From Clostridiales bacterium (GTDB taxonomy: Bacteria; Bacillota; Clostridia; Clostridiales; Caloramatoraceae): 45,882 nucleotides of DNA. Both the position numbers and the translations under genes were made by a program. The stretch's first letter is position 1. Each line of letters opens with the position of its first letter. This document shows positions 34,313-43,699 of this stretch, piece by piece. Location of the stretch: assembly GCA_029240935.1 (NCBI GenBank), contig JARDZI010000001.1, forward strand, positions 1-45,882. The letters are read 5' to 3'. The notes beneath the pieces were generated by a model. It was not told the origin of the DNA, did not search any database, and was given only the letters and a program-made list of their open reading frames with translations.

Positions 34313-36323
34313 GCTATCAATAAAAAATGTCCGCAAAAGCTTTAAGGATTATACACTGTATTTTCTCACACTTACCTTTGGGGTTTGTATATTTTATATT
34401 TTTAATTCAATAGAAGCACAAAAGGCAATGATGAATATATCCCAGTCAGAATCACAGATGATGCAGACACTTACACAGCTTATGGAGGTAATATCAGTAT
34501 TCGTATCCTTTGTACTGGGCTTTCTTATTGTATATGCCAATAACTTCCTAATAAGAAGGCGAAAGAAGGAAATTGGAATTTATATGACCCTTGGTATGGG
34601 AAAGGGTAAAGTAGCAAGACTACTTGTGGCAGAGAGCCTTATAATAGGCATTTTTTCTCTTGGGGCAGGACTGCTTGCAGGAGTGTTTATATCACAGGGG
34701 CTATCCATAATAACAGCAAAGCTCTTTGAAGTAGACATGACAGGGTATAGATTTATATTTTCCTTAGGGGCTTTTCTTAAGACAATTATTTATTTTGGGG
34801 TAATATTTTTGATTGTTATGGTTGCCAGCACTATATCAATATCCAAATTCAAGCTGATTGACTTGATAAATGCTGAAAAGCAGAATGAAAAACAAAGACT
34901 TAAAAGCCCTGTAATAACAGTTATACTATTTATACTTTCTATTGTATGTATTGGAACAGCATATGGGCAGGTGCTTAAAAATGGGATTATGAATTTTGAC
35001 AGGAAGCTTTTAATTGAGATTATACTTGGATCCATAGGCACCTTTTTGTTTTTTGCCTCCTTGTCTGGCTTTTTTCTGAAGCTTGTACAATCCAATAAAA
35101 ACCTGTATTTTAAGGGGCTTAATGCATTTATTCTTCGTCAGATCAATTCCAGGATAAATACTGCCCACATATCCATGTCACTTATAAGTCTAATGCTGTT
35201 TTGGACCATAGGCATACTTTCAACAGGAATGGGTATGACTAATGCATTAAATTCAGTTGAGATTAATACTGTACCATATGATGTTTCTCTCATTCTAGAT
35301 GGAGGAGGAAGCATCGAAGAAAAACTAAAGGAATATGATTTTAATCTCTATGATTATACTGATAAATTCGCAGAATTCTCATTATATGATTATAAGGATG
35401 AAGCGATAAATAAGGAAAAGGTTCTTAAAAGAGTAGTTGAATATTTGCCAGAAGGAGTTAATATTCATAGCTTGGGTAGTAAATTGTTTATGCTGAAGCT
35501 TTCAGAGTTTAATAAACTTATGGAGCTTCAGGGAAAAGATGAAGTAAGCTTATCCCAAAACCAGTTAGCTATATTTTCTGATTATACCTATGAGACTCCA
35601 GAATTAAAGGAGGCTCTATCAAAATTCATAGAAATGAAATACTCTCTTACAATAGCAGAAAAGGAATATGAGGTTTATCCCAAGCTTCTTGAGGATAAGG
35701 TTATAACAAGTCCTGGAAATCAAGTATTTCTTGCGCTTGTAGTCCCGGATAAAATGCTAGAGAGTAGCAAAACCTTTCAAACCATTCTCTCTTTTAACTG
35801 TAAGGGTGACAGTAAAGCGATGCAGAGGAAGTTTGAAGATGACGTGTATGGGCTATTAGAAAAGTATAGGGGTATAAAGGCTGATTTTAAAATAAAAGGA
35901 ATTACAAAGGAAGCAATGAGAGCTATGGAAGTTGGTGCAAAAGCTATAATATCCTTTGTAGGAATATATCTTGGTATAATATTCCTTATCACAAGTGCTG
36001 CAATACTAGCCCTCCAACAGCTTTCAGAAGCAGCAGACAACAGACACAGATATAAGATTCTTCAAAAGGTAGGTGCTGATGATAGCTTGATTAAATCTGC
36101 ACTCTTCAAGCAGATAGCCATATACTTCATGCTTCCACTAGCACTGGCCTGTGTACATTCAATCGTAGGCATAAAGGTTGCCAATGATATCATAAGGGAT
36201 GGGGGCCAATTAAATGCAATAGGCAATATAATCATAACAGCAATCCTCATCACCATTGTCTACGGCGCCTACTTCCTAGCAACCTACTTCAGCAGCAAAA
36301 GAATTATTTTAAAGAGTAAATAA
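34302..36323 (+). CDS. BceB-type FtsX-domain permease (10 TM, large extracellular domain)
   Basis: About 670 aa. Has the N-terminal KNVRKSFKDY motif, two FtsX-like TM bundles and a hydrophilic domain of about 200 aa between them. Overlaps the bceA-like stop by 11 nt. Confidence 0.85.
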   Translation: MYFKLSIKNVRKSFKDYTLYFLTLTFGVCIFYIFNSIEAQKAMMNISQSESQMMQTLTQLMEVISVFVSFVLGFLIVYANNFLIRRRKKEIGIYMTLGMGKGKVARLLVAESLIIGIFSLGAGLLAGVFISQGLSIITAKLFEVDMTGYRFIFSLGAFLKTIIYFGVIFLIVMVASTISISKFKLIDLINAEKQNEKQRLKSPVITVILFILSIVCIGTAYGQVLKNGIMNFDRKLLIEIILGSIGTFLFFASLSGFFLKLVQSNKNLYFKGLNAFILRQINSRINTAHISMSLISLMLFWTIGILSTGMGMTNALNSVEINTVPYDVSLILDGGGSIEEKLKEYDFNLYDYTDKFAEFSLYDYKDEAINKEKVLKRVVEYLPEGVNIHSLGSKLFMLKLSEFNKLMELQGKDEVSLSQNQLAIFSDYTYETPELKEALSKFIEMKYSLTIAEKEYEVYPKLLEDKVITSPGNQVFLALVVPDKMLESSKTFQTILSFNCKGDSKAMQRKFEDDVYGLLEKYRGIKADFKIKGITKEAMRAMEVGAKAIISFVGIYLGIIFLITSAAILALQQLSEAADNRHRYKILQKVGADDSLIKSALFKQIAIYFMLPLALACVHSIVGIKVANDIIRDGGQLNAIGNIIITAILITIVYGAYFLATYFSSKRIILKSK

Positions 36324-36369
36324 AAAGTGGCAAGAGTGGCAGTCATATGGCTGTCACTCTTGCCACTTT
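36324..36369. repeat. Family-A-related hairpin; terminator between convergent bceB-like and ABC-exporter genes
   Basis: AAAGTGGCAAGAGTGGCAGTCATATGGCTGTCACTCTTGCCACTTT, a stem of about 20 bp centred on the CATATG core. Confidence 0.8.
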
Positions 36370-36370
36370 G

Positions 36371-37990
36371 CTAAACAGAATAAACACCTTTGTTCTTAAC
36401 CATGAACACATTACTATATTTCCCCTTTGTTTCTTCAAATACCACATGGCTAACATTTATTACAGTAATATTCTCCAAGCTCAATATTGTATTTTCAATC
36501 TCCTTTGCTATTTTGGAATCCAAGCTTGCAAAGGCTTCATCCAAAAATATAATATCAGCCTTTTGCAACAGTCCCCTTGCTATGGCGATTCTGCTTTTTT
36601 CTCCTCCGGATACATTCTTGCCATTGTCATAAATGATACTGTCAAGTCCCTGGGTTAATCCTGTAATAAAGTCACTTAAACCTGCCTTTTCAATAGCAAT
36701 ATTGATTTCCTCATCTGAAAAATCCTTATATAGGGTAATGTTGTTTCTAACTGTATCCTCAAACAAAAACACTTGTTGCTCTACATTTGATATATGGTGG
36801 AAATAGCTTCCCTTGGTTATGTCTTTAAGGTCATTTCCGTCTATAAGTATACTTCCGATTTTAGGGGAGTAATACTTTCTTAGAAGCTTAAGTAGAGTAG
36901 ATTTTCCACCACCACTAGGACCAACAATAAGGTACTTGCCTCCCCTTTTCAAGGATAGGCTAATATTCTTCAAAACATCATTTTCTTCATAGGCAAAGGA
37001 AACATTGGAAAATTCAATAGAGTCTTGGAGTCCATCAAGTGTGATAATTTCTTGATGATTATCATGGTTTTTTAGAGTGTCCTCAATCTTTATAAATAAT
37101 TTTTTAGAGGAAAATATCTTAGGCATCCATTCTCCAACTTGTGACAGAGGAGCCATTATCCTTTCCATGTTATTTATAACCAAAATAACACCACCTAGGG
37201 TCAATTTCCCTTTTATTGCTATAAATACAGTTATACCAAGTGATATATATATAGTAAGGAGCATGTTTAAGTTTTGGAGCGAAGTAATATATGTGTATAT
37301 TTTATCTATGATATACCCTTTGTGTTGTATGGCATAGCTTTTAGTATAGAAATCCTTTTGTACCTTCTCATTTAAATTGTTGGATTTTATTATATGAAAA
37401 GCGCTGAGTACTTCTTTAATGTAGGAAGTATAATGCTCATAAAGGTCGCTTCTTTGAACTTGATGCTTTTGAACAGGTTTACTTAATAGTATTGATATTA
37501 CTGTACTAAAAAGTCCTATGCTAACCCCCAGAATTAGGGCTATTGGGCTGACATATCCAATTACAATAATACCTGCTACAAAGCTTACCATGTTCACGGT
37601 TACCTCATATAAGCCATCAATGTAGTTATTTTCTATGGTATTAACATCATTTGTTAATGCAGATATATACTTTGAATTATTGTCCCTTTGGAATTCATTA
37701 ATATTTTTCTTAAATACTCCTTTAATATAGTTAATCTTCGCAGAAACAATAGCCTTTCTTTTATAAAGCCCCTTGGAGAAGGATAGGATGATAGTGGCTG
37801 GTATTAATGATAATGCAATTATTAATAACCTTATAACCTCTGACTTAAATAAAGTCCTATTCCCTGCGGTGGCGGCATCTATTGACTTCATCATAAATAT
37901 TGTTGAAAAGCTCTCTAACCCAGCGCACAATGCTGCTATTACAATAACTAATAGCAAATAGGGGAAGTTTTTATAAATAGACTTTTTCAT
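36371..37990 (-). CDS. ABC exporter, fused TMD-NBD half transporter (heterodimer subunit)
   Basis: Six-TM N-terminal domain. Walker A GPSGGGKST, signature VSGGEKSRIAIARGL, Walker B IIFLDEAFASLD. Confidence 0.85.
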   Translation of the reverse strand: MKKSIYKNFPYLLLVIVIAALCAGLESFSTIFMMKSIDAATAGNRTLFKSEVIRLLIIALSLIPATIILSFSKGLYKRKAIVSAKINYIKGVFKKNINEFQRDNNSKYISALTNDVNTIENNYIDGLYEVTVNMVSFVAGIIVIGYVSPIALILGVSIGLFSTVISILLSKPVQKHQVQRSDLYEHYTSYIKEVLSAFHIIKSNNLNEKVQKDFYTKSYAIQHKGYIIDKIYTYITSLQNLNMLLTIYISLGITVFIAIKGKLTLGGVILVINNMERIMAPLSQVGEWMPKIFSSKKLFIKIEDTLKNHDNHQEIITLDGLQDSIEFSNVSFAYEENDVLKNISLSLKRGGKYLIVGPSGGGKSTLLKLLRKYYSPKIGSILIDGNDLKDITKGSYFHHISNVEQQVFLFEDTVRNNITLYKDFSDEEINIAIEKAGLSDFITGLTQGLDSIIYDNGKNVSGGEKSRIAIARGLLQKADIIFLDEAFASLDSKIAKEIENTILSLENITVINVSHVVFEETKGKYSNVFMVKNKGVYSV

Positions 37991-39633
37991 ATAGCAACCC
38001 CCTCAAAATATTCAAAGCCAGTATATTGGTTTATTATCCCATCACTAAGTTCTAAAATATAATCATACTTTTCTGTAATACCCTCATAATATCTATGGGA
38101 AATTGCAATAACTGTACTATCCAAGGATAATATTGTATCCTCCACAGCTCTTCCCAATTCATCGTTTAAACCAGAAGTTCCTTCGTCAACAAATAGAATA
38201 TCAGCATTCTTTATTATTGCTCTTGCAATGGATATTCTTTGTCTTTGCCCCCCAGAAAGATTCTTGCCATTTTCCATTAGCATTTCCTGTAGTCCTGAAG
38301 CTTTAGAGTCTATAAACTCCCCTAGACCTGACTTTTCTACCGCATTTATCACTTCTACCGATGGTATATCCTTAAATAAGGTGATATTATTCATTATTGT
38401 ATCTTCAAATAGAAAAACATCTTGATAAATAAACGAAATATGCTTATTAAAGTTTTTCTCATTTATTTCTCTATAATTTGTACCATCCAGCTTTATTGAC
38501 CCATCATAATTATCATAGGTCATGGAAAGCAGCTTAGTTAATGTGGATTTTCCTGCTCCACTAGCACCCTTCAACAAGTACTTTTTACCCTTTTCTATCT
38601 TGAAGGATAGACCTTTGAATATTTCCTTACCCTCATAGCTAAACTTAAGATCACACACATCTATATTAGAATTGAAAATAAAATCTTTTTCCTTCTTTAT
38701 TATGTTATTATCTTCAATATCAATCTTGGTAATTTTTTCGTATATTGCTTTTGAGGCTTTTAAATCATTGAACATTGGAAGAGCATTGCCAATTGGCCAT
38801 ATACATGAATTTGCCAGCTGAACCATAAGTACAATTGTGGTAATGGAGCCGCCAGAAAAGGTCAGGTTTATTGAATAAATAAGTACACCTATGAAAATAA
38901 AGTAGGAAAGAAATCTAGTCAGGCTTCTCTGTCCTTCTGTAAAAACAGTGTAATGAAACTTCTTCCTTTCAACCTGATCAACTGCCTTCAAGGATTTATA
39001 TAGGAACTTATCCTCTACACTATTGAGCTTTAATACTTCAAGACCATTAAAGGTATTGGAAATGTCCAGGGTGAATTTTTCGTTGTTTTCTGAGACCTCG
39101 TCCTGGAGCTTCACGGTTTTATTCTCAAAGCTTCTGGTTAGTAAAAACATCAATAAGGAAATAACAAAAATTCCAAGAGCAAACTTATAATCCAAAAAGA
39201 ACAGTATTGCTAGTGAAGAAGTATACACACCAATATTAAAAATTACATTAAGAAGCTTTAGGAAGAAATTTTGTTCAAAGGTATTAATATCATTTATTAG
39301 ATTTGAGATATAAGTATCCTTTGATTTTTTATTGAAGCTCTCAAAGGAGTGCTTAAGAATTTTCTCAAAGGCTCCAATTCTAACATCCAAAATGGTATCT
39401 CTCATATAACCAATTCTCATGAACCTGGAGGTGATGTAAAATAATTCTCCTATTAATACAAAAAAAATAGTCAGAGCAAAAACCTTAATAAAGTAATCTA
39501 TTTTCCCCACTTGAATACTGCCAATTAACAGGGCAAATGAGAGGTTTTGCAGTAATGTATTTATTACTGGCAAAAAACAGGCAAGGACATATAGCATGAA
39601 TCTTTTTTTTCTTTTTAATAATAGTTCTTTCAT
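37987..39633 (-). CDS. ABC exporter, fused TMD-NBD half transporter (heterodimer subunit)
   Basis: Walker A GASGAGKST, signature LSGGQRQRISIARAI, Walker B ILFVDEGTSGL. Start placed at ATG 39633 (MKELLLKRKK, GGGGGA RBS) rather than the ORF-track 39717. Confidence 0.85.
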   Translation of the reverse strand: MKELLLKRKKRFMLYVLACFLPVINTLLQNLSFALLIGSIQVGKIDYFIKVFALTIFFVLIGELFYITSRFMRIGYMRDTILDVRIGAFEKILKHSFESFNKKSKDTYISNLINDINTFEQNFFLKLLNVIFNIGVYTSSLAILFFLDYKFALGIFVISLLMFLLTRSFENKTVKLQDEVSENNEKFTLDISNTFNGLEVLKLNSVEDKFLYKSLKAVDQVERKKFHYTVFTEGQRSLTRFLSYFIFIGVLIYSINLTFSGGSITTIVLMVQLANSCIWPIGNALPMFNDLKASKAIYEKITKIDIEDNNIIKKEKDFIFNSNIDVCDLKFSYEGKEIFKGLSFKIEKGKKYLLKGASGAGKSTLTKLLSMTYDNYDGSIKLDGTNYREINEKNFNKHISFIYQDVFLFEDTIMNNITLFKDIPSVEVINAVEKSGLGEFIDSKASGLQEMLMENGKNLSGGQRQRISIARAIIKNADILFVDEGTSGLNDELGRAVEDTILSLDSTVIAISHRYYEGITEKYDYILELSDGIINQYTGFEYFEGVAI

Positions 39634-39800
39634 CTGATTTCCCCCAAGTATTAATGTTTTAACATATTTTAACATATCGGCAGGACACCTGTCATCTGAA
39701 AAAAGAAAGAATTTCATCCATATGACTTAGAATTTATATTGGAAAAAACATAGGTTTAGTTATTGATCTAAGAGAGCTTGAAGAGACAGACAGAATAAAG

Positions 39801-39857
39801 GGTACCAGGCTTCTGGCAAGTGGAAAATAAAGATGTCACTTGTCAGGATCCTGGCAC
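39801..39857. repeat. Family-F hairpin repeat, copy 2
   Basis: GGTACCAGGCTTCTGGCAAGTGGAAAATAAAGATGTCACTTGTCAGGATCCTGGCAC. Lies downstream of the PucR-family gene (minus strand). Confidence 0.6.
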
Positions 39858-39871
39858 TTAGAATACATAAC

Positions 39872-41476
39872 TTAAAATGTATTAAGTTCTAAATATAGCA
39901 TGCTTAATTCGAGTTGAAGACGACTTTGATAATTCTCCATATTGCATCCAAGTATCTCCTCTGCTTTTTTTAACCTATAGGCTATGGTGTTCCTGTGAAC
40001 ATACATATCCTCAGCAGTTTTACTAAGGTTAAGTCCATTTTGAAAATAGCTTAAAAGAGTTTTTATATAATCTGTTCCCTGGGATTTATCATACTCAGCA
40101 AGTCTGTGAAGTCCATCATTGAAGAATGTTTTATTACTTATTTGAGACAGCATATCATATACAACCATATTATTATAATAATAAGTAGTTTGACCTTTTT
40201 TAAGCATTTCCGCCAATAGCAGTGCTCTTTCCGCATCTTTATAACTTTTTGAAATCTCCATGAGCATGGAATATGATCTTCCTATTCCAAAACGTAGCCT
40301 ATTCTTTCTGCAATATTCTTCAATATGCTCTACTGCCTTTCTTATCAGTCTTTTTTCATCATATGTTGCTAAAACTATAATCTGCTTAGATGTAAAACAT
40401 ACTCTTGAATTTAGGATTCTCTTTGTAATAATAGACTGAATTGGTCCGAAATGCTCTCCTCCAATACGCTGTATATCAATATTGCTTATAAGCCATACTT
40501 CAAATAAACTTCCAAGTTTCCAATCTAGGGATTTCACCCTGTTTTCGCACACTGATTCACTTGGAATATTTCCCTTTACAAGGTCTCTTAAAAGTTCATT
40601 TTCCATTTCACCCCTTGCTCTTTCAACTGCATCAGATTTAGCAAGCTCCATGGCCACTATAGATGATATGAATTTGAGCATATGCCTATCAAGCTCAGAA
40701 AGAGGTTTCTCATATTCTAAAAGGGCTATATATCCTTTTATTTTACTACTAATGGACACTTCTGAAACCAGTCTTCTTATATAAACTGAAAAGGAACCTT
40801 TGTCAAGAAATAGGGGACTTTCTTCAGTTTCAAGCTGTTTTAAAAAACCTTCTCCATGTAGTATTTGAACAATGTCATAAGGACAATATCCATTATCCAC
40901 TATATTCCTCCATATGGGGTCATTAACCTCAGTGGATGATGAGTACCCAAGTAGATTGAAGCTATCATCAGTTATAATTAATGGATTTCCAAGAATTTGA
41001 GCTGAAGTATTAATAATTCTTTTTAAGCCTTGATTTTGAATAACAAGCTGTACTAGCTCCATATAGTCGTTTCTTATAAGGTCGTCAACTGAGTGATTGT
41101 AGCTATTTACAGCACTAGTTAATTCATTTAGAAGCTTTCTTATAGAGACATTTTTATCGAAGTAAATCAAAGGCATGTTGTACTTGTCTCCTATATTTTT
41201 TAATTGTTCACACTCTTCAACAGTCTGGGAATTATTAATTATTCCAATAGCAGATATAATATTTTTGGAAAACATAGTAACAAGTTCATTTATAACCTGT
41301 TTTGAATTTAAAAAAGATAACTCACATATCAGTAGTGTTTCGAGAGTGTTTATGGTTACTAATTCCTCTATTTCTTCTATGGCAATTATACCATGAACTC
41401 TTTGATGCAGAGTGTCTGGTGATTCTATTCGATATTTTCTTTGATCTATATTTTTTAACAAATCTCCTAGCAGCAT
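39872..41476 (-). CDS. PucR/CdaR-family transcriptional regulator
   Basis: C-terminal PucR-type HTH (LSKTAEDMYVHRNTIAYRLKKAEEILG). Start at the second ATG, 41476 (7 nt after AGGAGGG). Divergent from the enoate-reductase gene. Confidence 0.8.
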   Translation of the reverse strand: MLLGDLLKNIDQRKYRIESPDTLHQRVHGIIAIEEIEELVTINTLETLLICELSFLNSKQVINELVTMFSKNIISAIGIINNSQTVEECEQLKNIGDKYNMPLIYFDKNVSIRKLLNELTSAVNSYNHSVDDLIRNDYMELVQLVIQNQGLKRIINTSAQILGNPLIITDDSFNLLGYSSSTEVNDPIWRNIVDNGYCPYDIVQILHGEGFLKQLETEESPLFLDKGSFSVYIRRLVSEVSISSKIKGYIALLEYEKPLSELDRHMLKFISSIVAMELAKSDAVERARGEMENELLRDLVKGNIPSESVCENRVKSLDWKLGSLFEVWLISNIDIQRIGGEHFGPIQSIITKRILNSRVCFTSKQIIVLATYDEKRLIRKAVEHIEEYCRKNRLRFGIGRSYSMLMEISKSYKDAERALLLAEMLKKGQTTYYYNNMVVYDMLSQISNKTFFNDGLHRLAEYDKSQGTDYIKTLLSYFQNGLNLSKTAEDMYVHRNTIAYRLKKAEEILGCNMENYQSRLQLELSMLYLELNTF

Positions 41477-41670
41477 AAAGGTCCCTCCTATCATATTGTT
41501 AAATATTTATCTAACAGTACACTATTATAACATGATTAAACACATTGGTACAACTATGCAATTGTGCATATTGTATATATTCCATTAAGTAAAAACTCTG
41601 TATTGCACAAAGGAAATAGATAAAATTTTATCGAACTATCTAATATCAAGAAATTTTAGGAGGTATTATA

Positions 41671-43605
41671 ATGCAAAAATTCTCAAATCTTTTTAAACCA
41701 ATAAAAATTGGAACAATGGAGGTAAAAAACCGAATAGTTTTATGCCCAATGGGAACCGGGTATGCTGATGGAGTAAATAACTTTCCAACTGAAAGAATGG
41801 CATACTACTACGGAGAAAGAGCAAAGGGAGGAACAGGACTTATAATAGTGGAGCAAACAGTTGTTCAAAAGAAGGGTCTTTGGTCGCCGAAGGGAGGAGG
41901 TATATGGTCAGATGAATCATTACCATACTGGAAAAATGTAGTTGACGAAGTGCATAAACATGGAGCAAAGATTGTAATTCAAGTAGGTCATCTTGGACGT
42001 TCAACTACATCTGGAATAAATGGAGGATATCAACCAGTAGCTCCATCACCTGTTCCTGATCATTTTCTACAAGAAATACCTCATGAATTAACTATTGAGG
42101 AAATAGAAGAATTTAAAAATGACTATCTTGATGGAGTTAAGAGGGCCAAGGAAGCAGGCTTTGATGGAGTGGAAATCCATTGCACCCATGGATACCTTCT
42201 AGCTTCATTCCTTTCCGGAAGGACAAATAAGAGAACTGACAAGTACGGTGGAACACTGGAGGGAAGATTAAGACTTCCACTTGAGATAGTAAGTATGGTT
42301 CGAAGGGAAATTGGTAGAGATTATCCTCTACTTGTAAGAATGGCATCCCATGAGGCAAATGGTGGAAGAAATCTTGAGGAATCAAAGGTTATTGCCAAGG
42401 CATTTGCTGATGCAGGAATTGATGCAATAGATGTTTCAGCAGGTTCCTTTTCAGAACTTGATTGGGAAATACCACCATACTACTTTGGACATGCATGTAA
42501 CATGGTAAACATTGAGGAAATTAAAAAATCTGTGGATGTTCCTGTTATCTCAAGTGCACGAATAACAGAACCACGGATGGCTGAACAGCTTATTGCAGAA
42601 GGCAGAACTGATATGGTAGGAATCAACAGAGCTGCCATCGCCGATCCATTCTGGGCTAAAAAAGCCGGATCGGGAGATGTTGAGGGTATAAGAAGATGTA
42701 TAGGATGTACACGTTGTATTGACGAACTTTTCACTTCAAAGGACCAGCTCCTTAAGTGTACCGTTAATCCTCTAGTAAGTAGAGAAGGAACCATAAACCA
42801 TACTCCTGCAAAGGAACAAAAGAAGGTTCTTGTAATTGGTGGAGGTCCTTCAGGACTTCAAGCAGCAGTTGTAGCAGCGCAAAGGGGACATAAAGTTACT
42901 TTGGTTGAAAAAACACAGAATCTTGGCGGACAGGTAAGGGCTGCAGCTATTCCTCCAAAGAAATATGAAATTGCAAGCTTAATCACATATCTTTCCTATG
43001 AGGCTGAAAAAGCTGGAGTAAATATAATTTTAGGAAAAGAAGCAGACATGGAGTTTATAAATGAGTTTAAGCCATCAGATATAATTGTTGCAACAGGTGC
43101 AAAACCATTAATTCCAGGTATATCAGGTATTAATAGTAAAAAGGTTGCTACAGCACTGGAGGTTCTTGAAGGAAGAAAAACTACTGGCCAAAGAATAGCT
43201 GTAATAGGTGCAGGAATGATTGGTTGTGAGACTGCAGAATTCCTTGCAGAATACGGAAAGCAAATTACAGTATTTGAAATGACAGACCAGCCTGCAGGAG
43301 ATGTTGGGGTGGTAATAAGACCTCACCTTCTTGAGACTTTGAAGCGTCTTGGAGTGGAATTAAAAACAAACACAAAAGTCACAGCAATTGAAGGTGACAC
43401 AATCCTTTATAGCACCCTTGAGGGACAAGGCGTGTTAAATGGAATTGATACAATAGTTCTTGCAGCAGGAATGATTCCAAACAACAGCCTGTCAAAGAAT
43501 TTGTCACAGTCCCAGATACCTGTTCATACAATTGGTGATGCCAATAATGTATCGAGAATACTTGAAGCATTAACAGCAGCATATGAAATAGGTTCTGAAA
43601 TCTAA
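41671..43605 (+). CDS. 2-enoate reductase / 2,4-dienoyl-CoA reductase family flavoenzyme (OYE TIM-barrel + 4Fe-4S + FAD/NAD(P) domain)
   Basis: OYE-type N-terminus (LFKPIKIGTMEVKNRIVLCPMGT, HCTHGYLLASFLS), Cys cluster CIGCTRCIDE...KC, and Rossmann motif VLVIGGGPSGLQAA. Confidence 0.85.
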   Translation: MQKFSNLFKPIKIGTMEVKNRIVLCPMGTGYADGVNNFPTERMAYYYGERAKGGTGLIIVEQTVVQKKGLWSPKGGGIWSDESLPYWKNVVDEVHKHGAKIVIQVGHLGRSTTSGINGGYQPVAPSPVPDHFLQEIPHELTIEEIEEFKNDYLDGVKRAKEAGFDGVEIHCTHGYLLASFLSGRTNKRTDKYGGTLEGRLRLPLEIVSMVRREIGRDYPLLVRMASHEANGGRNLEESKVIAKAFADAGIDAIDVSAGSFSELDWEIPPYYFGHACNMVNIEEIKKSVDVPVISSARITEPRMAEQLIAEGRTDMVGINRAAIADPFWAKKAGSGDVEGIRRCIGCTRCIDELFTSKDQLLKCTVNPLVSREGTINHTPAKEQKKVLVIGGGPSGLQAAVVAAQRGHKVTLVEKTQNLGGQVRAAAIPPKKYEIASLITYLSYEAEKAGVNIILGKEADMEFINEFKPSDIIVATGAKPLIPGISGINSKKVATALEVLEGRKTTGQRIAVIGAGMIGCETAEFLAEYGKQITVFEMTDQPAGDVGVVIRPHLLETLKRLGVELKTNTKVTAIEGDTILYSTLEGQGVLNGIDTIVLAAGMIPNNSLSKNLSQSQIPVHTIGDANNVSRILEALTAAYEIGSEI

Positions 43606-43634
43606 TTAAATGTAGGAAAAAACAAAGTTTATAT

Positions 43635-43694
43635 AAAAGTAACAGCCATCCGAGAAGAAAAATGAAATTCTCTTCTCGGGTGGCTGTTACTTTT
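43635..43694. terminator. Bidirectional hairpin terminator between convergent enoate-reductase and LysR genes
   Basis: AAAAGTAACAGCCATCCGAGAAG ... CTTCTCGGGTGGCTGTTACTTTT. This is a stem of about 20 bp with A/T tracts on both sides. Confidence 0.7.
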
Positions 43695-43699
43695 ATGGA

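Noticed and set aside
9091-36369. CRISPR array formed by the recurring CATATG-centred repeats
   Set aside because: The repeats are palindromic units at gene ends, kilobases apart, in both orientations. They have no regular repeat-spacer periodicity, and no cas genes are present.
31504-39633. Lantibiotic or bacteriocin biosynthesis-immunity locus (Bce module plus two ABC exporters)
   Set aside because: No precursor-peptide ORF, LanB/C/M, peptidase-domain ABC transporter (no C39 N-terminus) or other modification enzyme is visible. The content fits resistance and sensing plus a generic heterodimeric exporter.
2098-43582. Numerous 60-145-aa antisense or out-of-frame ORFs nested in longer genes (for example 2098..2463, 9108..9425, 12486..12878, 16946..17380, 18373..18741, 29439..29876, 36347..36658, 42480..42794)
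   Set aside because: Each is fully contained within, or opposite to, a longer ORF with clear family motifs and an RBS. They lack RBSs and have low-complexity, shadow-frame composition.
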